A DNA stretch of 64,000 bases from IMG/VR virus record IMGVR_UViG_3300025102_000019, positions 6,342 to 70,341 of that record; one strand, 5' to 3'. Shown here piece after piece: positions 45,695-56,087 of this stretch (positions are counted from its first letter, which is position 1; every line of letters starts with the position of its first letter). The notes beneath the pieces are model-generated. The model worked only from the letters and a program-made list of their open reading frames with translations, was not told the origin of the DNA and ran no database searches. Position numbers and translations under genes: made by a program. The stretch is from a virus.

Positions 45695-47173
45695 TCAGGG
45701 TATTAGCCACCCTCCGCCGGACTGTTCCTTCCCGCCGAACATGCTGTCGAAGCCCGGCATATAATCATCTAGGAGGACAACCGTTCCTTTGAACTCCTTT
45801 GATGCCCAATTAGCGAGAGCCAGACTCATCGCCAAGTCGTCATGAACACCCACGCTCTCAAGCCTGCCGTTCTTCTGCATGCCGAATCTGTTTAACTGGC
45901 TCTCAACCTCATGTGTGTACTTTCTGCTTCTCTCGTCGCCGTATGGTAGTTTGATGTGACCTTGCTCAAACGCCAGAAGTAATGACATGAACAATGACTC
46001 CTTCTTGGCTCTGGTGGTCATGAATACACGGATTGGCATGTCTGCCGCCATCTCCCTCATCTCCTGCTCAAGCATCCTCTGGAAGTTGTTACCCTCAAGT
46101 TCTATCAGTTCGGGACTGAACTTGTTGTTGAGCATTACCATCATCCTCTTTTGTGCCATCGAAGACATACCACGCTCGTGTACGACGTGTACTATCTGCT
46201 TGAACTCCTCATCTGGAATCTGCCTCATGACAGTCATTGCTGTGAAGTCAGCGTTCTTGTCGGATGATATGGCTGGGTCGTGCCCTATGAAGTGTTGACC
46301 GAAGACACCGTCAGGCTCTCCCTCCTCGTTGTAGTTAGTTTCAGCCCTGTCTATCAGGGTGAGTTCTGTATCCCTAGCACCTTCTAGTATGTCCATCGGG
46401 AACATACTGGCCACATCGTGGATAGGCTCGCATAGATACTCACGGCTGAATTGTATTGCTGGCATGGAAAGCCTCCTCTGTTCCAGTGCCTCTATGTTCC
46501 AACGTTCAGGCCAAAGTGCAATTCCCTCGTTGTTTATCGCAGGGAAGGTCTCCACACGGAACGTCTCCTTCTGCTCCAACTCAGCATACAGGTCGTTGTA
46601 ACTGAATGGAGTTCCTACCATCATGAGTTTGCTGCTGTGGTGGAGAACTGGAAGTAGTACACCGTAGAACCAATCTGCGGTTCTCTGTAGTTCAGTGCCG
46701 CTAGTGCCCCACAGGATATCGTCACAGACAACCACGTCGGGGTGGAAACCACGAGTAGCACCACCGACCGACTTGGCCATGATACGAGAGCCGTTGGAGA
46801 ACTCGAAGTACGATTTAGCCCAAGGTCTGCCCTCTGGTATGAGGTCACGAAGACAATCGGTCCTGTCGATGTTGCTTTTTATGAAGCGCATGTGCTCAAG
46901 CGTCTGCTCAAGGGAGTGTGAGAAAATCATGATGTGCTTGCCGGGATTGAATGCGGCAAGCCACAATGCATAGGACATGAAGAACACGGACTTGCCGTGG
47001 TCACGAGATGCTTTCACGCAGTAGTACTGCGATTCTTCAAGTCCGTCCTTCCAAGATTGGTGATGGCCGCTGAACAGGAAACCGAGTATGTCCACGAAGA
47101 AGTACTCGAATGACTTCTTGCACATCTCCCTGTCCATCTGGATGATGAAGTCATCCATCGACTCGTCGCTCAT
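45695..47173 (-). CDS. terL: terminase large subunit
   Basis: Walker A ASRDHGKS, Walker B VVCDD, coupling motif VGTP, RNase H-like nuclease FIGHDPA ... HDDLAMSLALA. Confidence 0.92.
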   Translation of the reverse strand: MSDESMDDFIIQMDREMCKKSFEYFFVDILGFLFSGHHQSWKDGLEESQYYCVKASRDHGKSVFFMSYALWLAAFNPGKHIMIFSHSLEQTLEHMRFIKSNIDRTDCLRDLIPEGRPWAKSYFEFSNGSRIMAKSVGGATRGFHPDVVVCDDILWGTSGTELQRTADWFYGVLLPVLHHSSKLMMVGTPFSYNDLYAELEQKETFRVETFPAINNEGIALWPERWNIEALEQRRLSMPAIQFSREYLCEPIHDVASMFPMDILEGARDTELTLIDRAETNYNEEGEPDGVFGQHFIGHDPAISSDKNADFTAMTVMRQIPDEEFKQIVHVVHERGMSSMAQKRMMVMLNNKFSPELIELEGNNFQRMLEQEMREMAADMPIRVFMTTRAKKESLFMSLLLAFEQGHIKLPYGDERSRKYTHEVESQLNRFGMQKNGRLESVGVHDDLAMSLALANWASKEFKGTVVLLDDYMPGFDSMFGGKEQSGGGWLIP

Positions 47174-48216
47174 TCCATCACCGATTTCAATAACATAAAA
47201 GCCAGTTCCATCGGTTCTCCTGCGGTTTTCTGATTCATAATCATCTGCCGTACCTCAGGAGAGAGTGTAGCGTAGTACTCAGAGGTAGCATCGACACTTG
47301 ATTCTGGGGGAGGAGTCACGCTGGTGGTTGGTGCACTGGGATTGAACATGTTGGGCTGTATTCCTTTCTGCCCCGGTATCGCTTGGTTGCCCCCACCCAT
47401 TGGTGTTCCGTACACTCCGAGTTGGAAGTTCTGGGGCACGTTAAACGCTGAATCTTGGAAATTAGGTCCTAGTTTCTTGTTGGCATCCTCAAGAGACATT
47501 GTAGGAGTTGCTGGAGGGGAGACTCCCACTTGTCCTCCTAGAATCTGGTTTGCTTGGTTTGTACCCATGGTCTGGTAAGGTCCTAGTTGTACCTCTTGTC
47601 CGTACTTCTCTCCGGGTTGAGTGGGTACTGGTTTGGGGTTGCCGTAGCCCGGCATCACAGTTCCGACTGGTAGTTGATTCTCCTTTTCCTGACCTGCATT
47701 GAATGCATCTACCATTGCTGTGTTCTGTCTTGAAAGATTGGCCATGGCTGTTTGCTGTGCGTCAACCGGGTCAAACATCGTGGAGTCGAAGGATGGTTGG
47801 ACTTGGGTGTATGTCCTCGCACCCTGCTCGTTGAAGCCCCTGACCCCTCTGCTTTCAGGTGCTGCACCTTGAGAGTAGTCAGAACTAGGTGCGTTGTATC
47901 TCCCTACCTGATTGCGTCGGTCTTTGAAGTCCTGCACCTTCGCTCCTATCACTGGTGACGCTGTGTCTGCTACCTTACCTGCACCGATATACGTACCCAC
48001 ACCACGACCAGCGGCCATTTGTGCTCCACTCATGAAATCCTGTTGGTTCTCGCTCGCATCTGCTAGGGATGTCAGCGCTGAAAGGCCACCGAGAGCACCA
48101 CCGATTCCTCTTCCTAGTGGTGTCTTTACCCTGAAGGCATCTTGAACTGTATTACCCAGAGCCGCAGATAGAGGTGCAGCAACTGCTGGCGACTTGACGA
48201 GAATCTTGCCCATCAT
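47170..48216 (-). CDS. Q/P/G-rich putative internal (ejected) virion protein
   Basis: Start placed at ATG 48216 (MMGKILVKS), overlapping the upstream stop. Contains a Gly-rich hydrophobic segment GRGIGGALGGLSALTSLA and C-terminal EPMELAFMLLKS. Confidence 0.55.
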   Translation of the reverse strand: MMGKILVKSPAVAAPLSAALGNTVQDAFRVKTPLGRGIGGALGGLSALTSLADASENQQDFMSGAQMAAGRGVGTYIGAGKVADTASPVIGAKVQDFKDRRNQVGRYNAPSSDYSQGAAPESRGVRGFNEQGARTYTQVQPSFDSTMFDPVDAQQTAMANLSRQNTAMVDAFNAGQEKENQLPVGTVMPGYGNPKPVPTQPGEKYGQEVQLGPYQTMGTNQANQILGGQVGVSPPATPTMSLEDANKKLGPNFQDSAFNVPQNFQLGVYGTPMGGGNQAIPGQKGIQPNMFNPSAPTTSVTPPPESSVDATSEYYATLSPEVRQMIMNQKTAGEPMELAFMLLKSVME

Positions 48217-50483
48217 TCTCCCCCCAGTGTGACCTTGACCACCTTGACTACTGATGGTTTGATTTTGTATGCCTTGGCAATCCTGTCCCAATCGCCCTTG
48301 CTGTTGGATATGGTTCTGACATCCTGCTTGGTGATACCGAGTTTCATGGCGAGGAATGACACGTCGTCCTCCTTGTTAGCACTAAGGTTCTCCTTGGGCA
48401 TCTGCTTGAGCACAGCCACGTCCCTTTTGGCCTCAAGCATCTGGACTCTTTCCATTGCTTTCACCAGTCTGTCTTCGATGGATAGTGTATCGAAACTGGT
48501 TGCCACTGGGAAGGAGTCAGTCAACTTTGTTTGATAAGGGCTTTGTGCCGCAGCAGCGGAAGCGACCCTTGCGAGCATATCTCTTCGCTTTTCTTGGTCA
48601 ACGTCTTCTACGGGGTTCATGATGTTAGGTGGTATTTTCCTACCGGTCATCTGCTCGAATTGTGGTATGAATTGTTGCGGGTTCTTAGCCTGTTCTCTGG
48701 CTATCATATCACGAAGCCTATTCATATCTACGCCCGGAGGCACATCAGATGGTGACCACGACGGTTTAGGTGGTGGTGCTTCTGGCTTTGCTTCTGGTTT
48801 CGCCATCGGGTCTGCGTCATCTGTCGATAGTGGTGAGTAGTATGCCTCCGTCATTGCGCTTGGCACGAAGTAGTTCTGCATGTGCTCAGGTAGTGGTCTG
48901 TTGACATCGAGGTGACCATCCAAGTACTTGGGGACTAGGCCGGGTGTGGCCTCTCCTGACACAGGTGCGAACTCACGCACCGTGCCACCGTGACCCAATG
49001 TGATGAGAGAGCCTAAGAGGGAGAACATGTCTTTCTGACCCTGAGAAGTCTCATGAGCAGGTTCTTCTTGGGAGAAGTTAGTGAGAGCGTCTAGACTTCC
49101 TATGACACCTGAGAGTGCGAGGAACTCGGCTGCTGGCATATGCACCGCCTTGCCCTTCTTCTCGTGAGTTCCTTGCTTGTTACCGGCAGTGACCCTCTCC
49201 ATTGCATTGTCGAACATCTGCTGCCCCTGCCCCTTCAAATCGGGATGTCCTATCAGGGTATCTTTGAGAGTATTCACCAACTTATTGACACGTGATGTCT
49301 TCTGAGCGGGGTTGCCGAGCATGAATTGAAGAGCATCAGGACTCATGGCCATCTGGTCTATCAAACTGTCAAGTTCAGGGAACTTCTTTCCGAATCTAGT
49401 CTCTTCGTATATCTCCCTGATTGTAGGCCCTTCAACAGGACCTGATGCGTCTTGTCTCGTGAATAGGGGAGCGTCTAGCATCTCGGTGTTATTCTCGTTG
49501 AGATTGGAGACAATCGCTGGTAGCAATTCCAACATGTATTTACGATAGTTTTCTTTCTTTATGTTAGTGCCACCCGGATTCTTTACTCCCTTTCCATATT
49601 CAGGAAGGGGGTTGAATATGTCAAGAGGCATGTGTTGAACCATCTCCCAGTTGTGAACATCGTCGTGCACCACATCACCTACGGATGAGTGGCCGAGCAT
49701 CTCCCTGAACTCAGGTGGTAGTGTCATGTCATCTGCTAGGTTCTCACCGACCACACCTCTGAGTCTCCTAGTGTTGGGGGATATGTGCCTGCCTGAGATG
49801 TAGCCATGCGTGATTCCCTCATCAAAGTTTGATTTGTAGTTGAAGTCCTCCTTGAGGATGTCGTGTAGATAAGGTGCAAATGGTATCCTGTACGACTCAG
49901 GGTGCTGTGCTAGACCCTGCTTGGAGTGCTTGAGACGGGCATCGCTACTCATGTTGAGGTTGATGAAAGTGCCACCCTTGCCACGAGCGGAGAACTGGTT
50001 CGCCTGCTCTGTGGTTTTTGGACTGGAGAAATCACCCTTGGTCAGCCTCCTCCATTCAGGTGACATGATGTCCTCAGGTAGACTCTGGTTCTTCGCATCC
50101 TGATGGTCGTCGTTGTAGTCGCCTATCGCATCGGTTATCATCTGTCTAGCGACATCACCGCTGCCGACTATCTTGGACACCTTCGCTATCAGTGCGTCGA
50201 TTCCGTGTCGGTGCTCGTTGCCGTGTATGTCGGTGTAGACATGCTCGCCATCAGCGCCCATGCCCCAATCTCCCTCTGCTGCCCTGTCGCCGTATCTGGC
50301 GTTCTTGGGTAGGTCGAACCCCATGTCATTGGTGGGGTTGAGGTCGTGGTACTGGTCTGGGTGGGTGTCTCCTAGAAACACCAACTCACCAGTCAGGGGG
50401 TCAACGGTGTACGTTCCCTCTCCCTTTCTGAGCATGCCACTTGCAAGTAAGGCATGTGTGACGGATTTGAAGAGCAGGCTCAT
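48213..50483 (-). CDS. 756-aa hypothetical protein (putative internal virion protein)
   Basis: Long coupled ORF containing LLFKS, MLRKG and LVKA sites, a PIP-box-like QTKLTDSF and a C-terminal helical HTH-like segment. Confidence 0.6.
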   Translation of the reverse strand: MSLLFKSVTHALLASGMLRKGEGTYTVDPLTGELVFLGDTHPDQYHDLNPTNDMGFDLPKNARYGDRAAEGDWGMGADGEHVYTDIHGNEHRHGIDALIAKVSKIVGSGDVARQMITDAIGDYNDDHQDAKNQSLPEDIMSPEWRRLTKGDFSSPKTTEQANQFSARGKGGTFINLNMSSDARLKHSKQGLAQHPESYRIPFAPYLHDILKEDFNYKSNFDEGITHGYISGRHISPNTRRLRGVVGENLADDMTLPPEFREMLGHSSVGDVVHDDVHNWEMVQHMPLDIFNPLPEYGKGVKNPGGTNIKKENYRKYMLELLPAIVSNLNENNTEMLDAPLFTRQDASGPVEGPTIREIYEETRFGKKFPELDSLIDQMAMSPDALQFMLGNPAQKTSRVNKLVNTLKDTLIGHPDLKGQGQQMFDNAMERVTAGNKQGTHEKKGKAVHMPAAEFLALSGVIGSLDALTNFSQEEPAHETSQGQKDMFSLLGSLITLGHGGTVREFAPVSGEATPGLVPKYLDGHLDVNRPLPEHMQNYFVPSAMTEAYYSPLSTDDADPMAKPEAKPEAPPPKPSWSPSDVPPGVDMNRLRDMIAREQAKNPQQFIPQFEQMTGRKIPPNIMNPVEDVDQEKRRDMLARVASAAAAQSPYQTKLTDSFPVATSFDTLSIEDRLVKAMERVQMLEAKRDVAVLKQMPKENLSANKEDDVSFLAMKLGITKQDVRTISNSKGDWDRIAKAYKIKPSVVKVVKVTLGGE

Positions 50484-51799
50484 GCTGTTCGACCTGCCCT
50501 GCTGGTGTAGATACCAACAGGGTCAGCACCATGCATCTCCTCTTCCTCTATGTTCTCTGTTGGTCCGTTGGGTTTGCTGGTCTGGTCTCTTGAGTTAGAG
50601 GGATGTTTTGGTAAGTTAGAGCCACCACCTGATGTGTCTTTGTCTCCCTTCCCTTTCTTTTTGTTATCCTTCTTGTCAAGTAGCCTTGCCACCTTTTGTG
50701 CGAGTATTCTGAGTTCCTGCTTGTCTCCCCACGTCATCTTGCGACTCTTGCCTATCATCGACATTGATTGGTTGGACATTCTAGGGGAGAAGGATTGTGT
50801 AGAGCCACCCATGTTGAGATGTGGCATACCACTGATTCTGGGTGGTACTATTGGAGGAGCACGATGTGGTTTGAGTCTTGGTCTTGGTACTTTCGGCTTC
50901 ATCTCGCTCGGTAGTTTGGATTGGATTGTGCCCGCACCTGTCTCACCAGCCTTGTACGACCTAGGATTCTTGGGATTGGGTGTTGATTCTGTGACTCTGA
51001 CGTTTCCTGTTCTCTTCCTACCACCTTGAGCACCCATGTAACTCCTGTATGCACCGGGGTCTTTGCTCATCGGTTGCTTGGTTGCGATGGCTCTGTGCTC
51101 CATCTCGACGGAGAGTGGCGCTTGCATCATTCCTCTTTTCTTGCCTCTCGTGACACCTCTTCTCTTGGCTTTGTAAGAACGCTCGGTAGCGTTGATACCA
51201 CCGCTCATCCCTCCCGGTCCTGTCTTGAACTGCCCTGTGCTGGGCTTGAACTTCTTTCTTCTCTCTCGCACCGCTTCCTTGTCGTCTGCTCTACCTGACT
51301 CACTAAGTGGTCTGAGCATAGCGGTATCCGCACTCTCACCGAATGACTTGAGCAATGAGGACCAAGCGTTCTCCATAGGCTCGCTTGTGAATACCGGGTG
51401 GCCGTATGCCGCTCCCGGTCCTTTTGCCTGATTTGCTAAACTGGTCATGAACCCACCATTGCCGGGCGGCCCAGTGAGTGCGTTGATTTCTCCCTCGTTC
51501 GTCAATCTACCTGATAGGCTTCTGGGGTCTTCTTCAGTATCGTCTCTCGTTTCTGATGGGTCGTCCTTGAATTGTTGGAGCATAGCAGGTGTGACCTTGA
51601 CATGCTTTCTATTCTTGAGTTTCTCCTCTTGCTTGTCCTGCTCCTTCTGCTTCTTCTCCTTCTCAGCATCTAGGTACTTAGGGTCACCGGGGTTGTAGCG
51701 ACTCTCGTATCCATCGTTGTACCTGAACATCGTGGATGATTCGCTTCTTGAGTTGTATAGTCTGGTATCGCTACCACGACCCATCATTCCCTCGGTCAT
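50480..51799 (-). CDS. basic low-complexity protein (putative internal/DNA-condensing)
   Basis: K/R/P/G-rich; carries EPMENAWSSLLKS. Confidence 0.6.
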   Translation of the reverse strand: MTEGMMGRGSDTRLYNSRSESSTMFRYNDGYESRYNPGDPKYLDAEKEKKQKEQDKQEEKLKNRKHVKVTPAMLQQFKDDPSETRDDTEEDPRSLSGRLTNEGEINALTGPPGNGGFMTSLANQAKGPGAAYGHPVFTSEPMENAWSSLLKSFGESADTAMLRPLSESGRADDKEAVRERRKKFKPSTGQFKTGPGGMSGGINATERSYKAKRRGVTRGKKRGMMQAPLSVEMEHRAIATKQPMSKDPGAYRSYMGAQGGRKRTGNVRVTESTPNPKNPRSYKAGETGAGTIQSKLPSEMKPKVPRPRLKPHRAPPIVPPRISGMPHLNMGGSTQSFSPRMSNQSMSMIGKSRKMTWGDKQELRILAQKVARLLDKKDNKKKGKGDKDTSGGGSNLPKHPSNSRDQTSKPNGPTENIEEEEMHGADPVGIYTSRAGRTA

Positions 51800-52215
51800 A
51801 TCGCCTCAGTCTCCCCCATCATGGAGTTAGCGGTCTGTGATATCGCATCTGATAGTTCGATGTAGAACGATTTGACGAATGGTGGGTTGGTGAAACACTT
51901 ACCCATTCTCCTGCATTCGTCTTCAAAGAGTGGTAGTAGTGATTTCAGAGTGTCCCTCACTGGCCAAACCGTCACTGGGTCGTCATCCTCAGATAGGGTC
52001 TTCAAAGCATCCACTATGTCATTGAGGAACGATGAGTACTCAAGATTGCCATATGAATCTCGATTGACATAGAACTTGAATCTCTTGTACACCAGAGTAG
52101 CGTAGTCTAGTAGTACGGGTAGTTCGTTTTCGTTGATTACCCTACCATTCTTGATGAGTCTGTAGCCCGGATGGGACATCTGTAGTAAATCAGTAATTAC
52201 TATCCTCTGCTCCAT
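51796..52215 (-). CDS. hypothetical protein
   Basis: 139 aa; GGTGGGGAG RBS-like sequence upstream. Confidence 0.6.
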   Translation of the reverse strand: MEQRIVITDLLQMSHPGYRLIKNGRVINENELPVLLDYATLVYKRFKFYVNRDSYGNLEYSSFLNDIVDALKTLSEDDDPVTVWPVRDTLKSLLPLFEDECRRMGKCFTNPPFVKSFYIELSDAISQTANSMMGETEAI

Positions 52216-52224
52216 CTCCCCACC

Positions 52225-52902
52225 TCACTCGCCTTGCTGTTCTAATAACTGCTCTTTAATCCTCTTCCAACTATCGGGGCTTTCCTTTGCTAATTCGACT
52301 TTTAGTATGTTAAACGTCTGGTTAATTTGAGTACCATCACTGTCTGCCCCCCAACTGTCATTTAACTTCACTAGGTCTTTGATGCTCTCCCTTACCTCTT
52401 TGTGTAGTTTCACTGCATCACCGACGAAACCATCTTCATGCACACTACCGTAATCTAACAACTCATTGAACTTGTCGTTGAGTTTCTCGACATTGGTACG
52501 GAGAACATTGACTTCTTGACCTAGAGTGATAGCGACCTCGAATGCTGCTGCCTTCTTGACGAGAGGTTGGAAGTGGTGTTTCATGTGATGGTAGACCGAG
52601 TTCTCGGAGCAACCGATGACTTCTGCTATATCCTCACTAGGCAGTATACCCTCGAAGTATCCTGTCTCGAACTCCCCTCTCCTGTCATGTGTGCAAACCA
52701 CACAGGAATGGTTGGAATCCATGTGATACTCACCCATGTGATTCTTGAAGTGACGGTCTGCTGTATTGGCCCTCCAATTCATGTCCTTGTCTAGTTGCTT
52801 GCAACTGATTTCACCGTTCAAGAGCGACTGTTCTAGTTGCTCTCTATCATCAGATTGGCAAAAGGCGCAGGACCTCTTGACCACTCGCTCTCGCTCGGTC
52901 AC
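52225..52902 (-). CDS. tandem zinc-finger/HTH protein with C-terminal coiled coil, probable terminase small subunit
   Basis: Two repeats of CxxC...helix-turn-helix...HxxxH (CAFC..RHFKNH; CVVC..HHMKHH) followed by a coiled coil. Upstream of terL. Confidence 0.55.
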   Translation of the reverse strand: MTERERVVKRSCAFCQSDDREQLEQSLLNGEISCKQLDKDMNWRANTADRHFKNHMGEYHMDSNHSCVVCTHDRRGEFETGYFEGILPSEDIAEVIGCSENSVYHHMKHHFQPLVKKAAAFEVAITLGQEVNVLRTNVEKLNDKFNELLDYGSVHEDGFVGDAVKLHKEVRESIKDLVKLNDSWGADSDGTQINQTFNILKVELAKESPDSWKRIKEQLLEQQGE

Positions 52903-52950
52903 GAGTGACCGGAGGTATAATCACCAAATGAACGTTGTTGATTTATAGGT

Positions 52951-53217
52951 TTACATCCTACTTATTCTGGTGTATATCGTAGTCAACCCCATCATGGAGA
53001 CGAATATCGCAATCATAGCCATTGAAGCATCAGTTTGACTGATGTCAGAGGCCTTGAAGACCAGAACGAAAAGCATGACGAGTATTGCGCTGATGAGTTG
53101 AATCATCACCATGTCGATAATGACACTTCTCTTGTGGGAGAACATGTTTAACGACAAGTTGGCCACTTGGTTCGGCACTCCTAGAGGAAGCGAACCTCTG
53201 CTAGGTCCTGACATCAT
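52951..53217 (-). CDS. small two-TM membrane protein (holin-like topology)
   Basis: Two hydrophobic helices (VIIDMVMIQLISAILVMLFVLVF; AMIAIFVSMMGLTTIY) and a basic C-terminus. Confidence 0.6.
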   Translation of the reverse strand: MMSGPSRGSLPLGVPNQVANLSLNMFSHKRSVIIDMVMIQLISAILVMLFVLVFKASDISQTDASMAMIAIFVSMMGLTTIYTRISRM

Positions 53218-53855
53218 ACTCTACCCCCGAATAGTGCTCTGTTGATGAAGCCACCAGTGGCTTGTCCTACAGATTCCATCATACCGGGGTCTGCTAATGC
53301 TGTGTTCAACATACCCTGCATGAGAGATTGGTCAGCCATCTGTAGTATCTGCTGTCTCTCAGCCTCGGCCTTCTGTATTATCTGCATAGATGTATTCTGT
53401 AGACTGTTTAGTTGTGCTATAATATTCTCAGCACTTAGAGTTTGTAGGTCGCTCGGCATAGAAGTGACATCAAGTGAGAGACTGCCTGTCTCCTCATCCA
53501 TAGTAAAACTTGCATTCTTCAACACATTGAGAAGGGAGAAAGTGGTGATATTAGACAACATCTCGATGAATATAGGCATGTTCTGACTGATGATGAACTT
53601 GTCAATTGGTTGAATTGTGTTGAGCATCGAAGCCAGAATCTGAGTTTCCGAAGGTGGCGCTACTGGTGCGTTGTATTGTTGAGGAGATATACCTGCACCC
53701 CCTAGAATACCACCCATTAGAGGGGAAGTTCCGTATTGATTGGAAGCGTATCCGTTCTGCATGGGTTGTTGACCGAAAGCGTTTGATTGACCAGTGCCTA
53801 GACTAAGCGAGGTGGTGTTTTGAGTGCCCCCTAGATTTGAAAGTCCTAATGTCAT
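53214..53855 (-). CDS. hypothetical Q/S/G-rich helical protein
   Basis: 213 aa, coupled by ATGA overlaps within the GTPase operon. Confidence 0.6.
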   Translation of the reverse strand: MTLGLSNLGGTQNTTSLSLGTGQSNAFGQQPMQNGYASNQYGTSPLMGGILGGAGISPQQYNAPVAPPSETQILASMLNTIQPIDKFIISQNMPIFIEMLSNITTFSLLNVLKNASFTMDEETGSLSLDVTSMPSDLQTLSAENIIAQLNSLQNTSMQIIQKAEAERQQILQMADQSLMQGMLNTALADPGMMESVGQATGGFINRALFGGRV

Positions 53856-54886
53856 TGTATCACCTCTGCTGGATTTACTGCTGTTGCTATAGTGGGCACT
53901 ACCGGAGGTGGTGCTTGCATAGTCGCAGCGGGGTTCAGGGTTTGAGCCTGTTGGTTGAGAACTGTGTTGAACGCTTGTTGTGCTGCTAATTGTTGTTCAT
54001 GAGCCTCTCTTTGAAACATTCTCATGTCAAATTGCACCATAGTGATATCATTTGACCCTGTTTCTGGATTTGGTATGTGCCATACGTTGATTCCCTTCGT
54101 TCTCTGTGAGTCTTTCTCAATCTCTTGAAAGAAAGGCTCGTACTTCTGAACTAAGTCGGGCGCTCTAACCTCATTGGCTTGCAGTGATGACACTGGTATA
54201 GTAACTAGACTGACTCCTTTCTTCACCTTGTCCTTGAATCTGCTAGGTCTCATCTCATCTTCCTTGTCTTGAGCGGCTTCCCATTTGCAGAGCAGGTGAT
54301 AGAGGTGTAGATGTTCAGGGCAGTATGTTCCTTTGAGAGTCTTACCGCTGGTTACTCCACTTCTCGCTAAGAATGCTTCAGTTTGACCTGAAATAGGATT
54401 CTGCCAGTACATGTCCCAAAGACTTCTACCTGTATCTTCATCTGTGATTCGTGCGTAGAGGTTGTCGTATTCTATGAGTTGCTTGCAATCACAACCATCG
54501 ACAACACAAGTACCGCTGTCTTTGGTGTATCTGTATGGACTTCCCAACCACCTTCTTGGGTCTAAAACAGACCTCCTTGTTGGTTTGAGTAGTCTGTATG
54601 CCTGTTTGATATCTTTTCTTCTGGCTTTGCGAGGGTCAGCGTGATTGGAGGGGTAGAAGTTTACTTTTGGGACTTCGAGATTCTTCTGTCCTGCTATCTG
54701 CTGCATCTGTTGCTGTGCTATTGCTTGTTCCATAATCGCTGCTTGATTAAACTGAGGATTGCCCATTTGGGCCATGTTCAACATTGCTGCGTCATTCAAA
54801 TTGCTTAGACTCTGAGTTTGCATCGGAGTTCTTGTTATTGTGCGATACATATTATCGGGTACATCTAAGAGACCGCCTACCATCAT
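53852..54886 (-). CDS. hypothetical protein with Cys/His zinc-binding motif and Q-rich ends
   Basis: CVVDGC...YCPEH motif; 344 aa; coupled to its neighbours. Confidence 0.6.
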   Translation of the reverse strand: MMVGGLLDVPDNMYRTITRTPMQTQSLSNLNDAAMLNMAQMGNPQFNQAAIMEQAIAQQQMQQIAGQKNLEVPKVNFYPSNHADPRKARRKDIKQAYRLLKPTRRSVLDPRRWLGSPYRYTKDSGTCVVDGCDCKQLIEYDNLYARITDEDTGRSLWDMYWQNPISGQTEAFLARSGVTSGKTLKGTYCPEHLHLYHLLCKWEAAQDKEDEMRPSRFKDKVKKGVSLVTIPVSSLQANEVRAPDLVQKYEPFFQEIEKDSQRTKGINVWHIPNPETGSNDITMVQFDMRMFQREAHEQQLAAQQAFNTVLNQQAQTLNPAATMQAPPPVVPTIATAVNPAEVIQ

Positions 54887-55107
54887 TCAACCTCCGCTGG
54901 TGTCACATGAATAGACATTTGCCCGTTTTCTGCCGATAAACGCCATTCTACTTTACTTCCAGCAGTCATACCAAACTGCTGAACAATCCACATGGGTATA
55001 GTAGTTCTAAGTGAGTTACTACCCCCTCCTGTGGGGACGAGTGTTGTGGTAGTCTTACCCTTCGCCATGGAGGTCGCACACCCTACTACATCAAAAAGGT
55101 CACTCAA
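54883..55107 (-). CDS. AbrB/MazE/SpoVT-type DNA-binding protein
   Basis: GGGSNSLRTTIPMWIVQQFGMTAGSKVEW matches the swapped-hairpin AbrB pattern common in archaea. The true start may be the internal MAKGK. Confidence 0.7.
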   Translation of the reverse strand: MSDLFDVVGCATSMAKGKTTTTLVPTGGGSNSLRTTIPMWIVQQFGMTAGSKVEWRLSAENGQMSIHVTPAEVE

Positions 55108-55817
55108 GAGGTCAAGAGTTCTACTAAGGTTGGTTCAACATTCCAACCCACACGAGTAGCCATGAAAGCACGCTTTGTTGGTAACCTTGCTTTCTGCAAG
55201 CGAATTAGGTCATCTCTGAAGGGGTCGAATATCTTGTGCTCACCTATTCTGTTTTGCTGCCATAGTTCAGCAGCCTTCTTGTCGAAGAACCTGTCTGCCT
55301 TATTAGCCACTAACATGACCATTCTGGGCGTGTATTTCTTTCCCTTCAATCTGCTTCTAAGAGTTCTATATCTGTAATCTCTCTGGATAAGCCTATCTAC
55401 AAGATACTTGAAACCAGCAACTTGCTCTGCACCTTCAGGTCCACCAGCAAAGGCTCTGTCATCAAACACAAACATGACACATTCCACTTGTCTAGACACC
55501 ATATCGTCAATCCACAGATTCCAGAATCTCTCTTGACCACCTATGTCTGCTGAGTATACCACTCTCTTTTCGCCTTGCCAAGATATTCTTTTCCTAGTGG
55601 GTTTGGGTAGCATATACCTTGTTAGTAACTTGAAATGTTTGGTTCTCTCATCCTCGTGTATCTCTTCCATCTCACCGGGAGTGGTCATATAGCGGTCTAA
55701 TGTGGTCTTGCCAACCATGCTAGTGCCGTAGATACCGACTTTTCTTGGCTTCCATGAGTTGTAGAGGTGTTGTCCGTATATGGCTACACCAACGAGTACA
55801 CTCCCTCCACCTACCAT
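55104..55817 (-). CDS. Ras-superfamily (Arf/Arl-like) small GTPase
   Basis: G1 GTSMVGKTT, G3 DIGGQERFWNLW, VMFVFD strand, G4 VANKAD, G5-like MAT..GWNV. Hydrophobic N-terminal extension. Confidence 0.85.
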   Translation of the reverse strand: MVGGGSVLVGVAIYGQHLYNSWKPRKVGIYGTSMVGKTTLDRYMTTPGEMEEIHEDERTKHFKLLTRYMLPKPTRKRISWQGEKRVVYSADIGGQERFWNLWIDDMVSRQVECVMFVFDDRAFAGGPEGAEQVAGFKYLVDRLIQRDYRYRTLRSRLKGKKYTPRMVMLVANKADRFFDKKAAELWQQNRIGEHKIFDPFRDDLIRLQKARLPTKRAFMATRVGWNVEPTLVELLTS

Positions 55818-55826
55818 TTACTTCAC

Positions 55827-56087
55827 CTAGTTGGGCAATTTGGAGTAGAGCCAATCAGCAAAACTCTCAACCTGCTGATATGTCCACTCAACTGTCCAAC
55901 CCCAAAACGTGAAATCACTGTATGATTCCATTGCACTAACTGCTAGTGATGCTCCTAGTGCAGCAAGTATGGTTCTAAGCCAACCTACACCCCATTCGTA
56001 GGTGTTATCAACAGTGTTAGCAAGGTGCATTGCCCGTAGAGTTTCCTCTACAGAGTCGTCTTTTGGAGTCTTGAATATCCTGCCCAT
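55827..56087 (-). CDS. small membrane protein
   Basis: Hydrophobic WGVGWLRTILAALGASLAVSAM and a Trp-rich C-terminus. Confidence 0.6.
   Translation of the reverse strand: MGRIFKTPKDDSVEETLRAMHLANTVDNTYEWGVGWLRTILAALGASLAVSAMESYSDFTFWGWTVEWTYQQVESFADWLYSKLPN

Noticed and set aside
44463-47173. Intein or intron in terminase/portal suggested by the LAGLIDADG motif
   Set aside because: terL and portal are of normal length and uninterrupted. The LAGLIDADG-like domain is in its own ORF without Cys/Ser...His-Asn splice motifs.
47170-48291. ORF-track start at 48291
   Set aside because: It overlaps the upstream gene by 79 nt; ATG at 48216 overlapping the upstream stop after a GGGGGAG RBS is more plausible.
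54883-55107. AbrB/MazE protein as the antitoxin of a toxin-antitoxin pair
   Set aside because: No adjacent PIN/MazF-like toxin is recognisable; its neighbours are the GTPase and a Cys/His protein.
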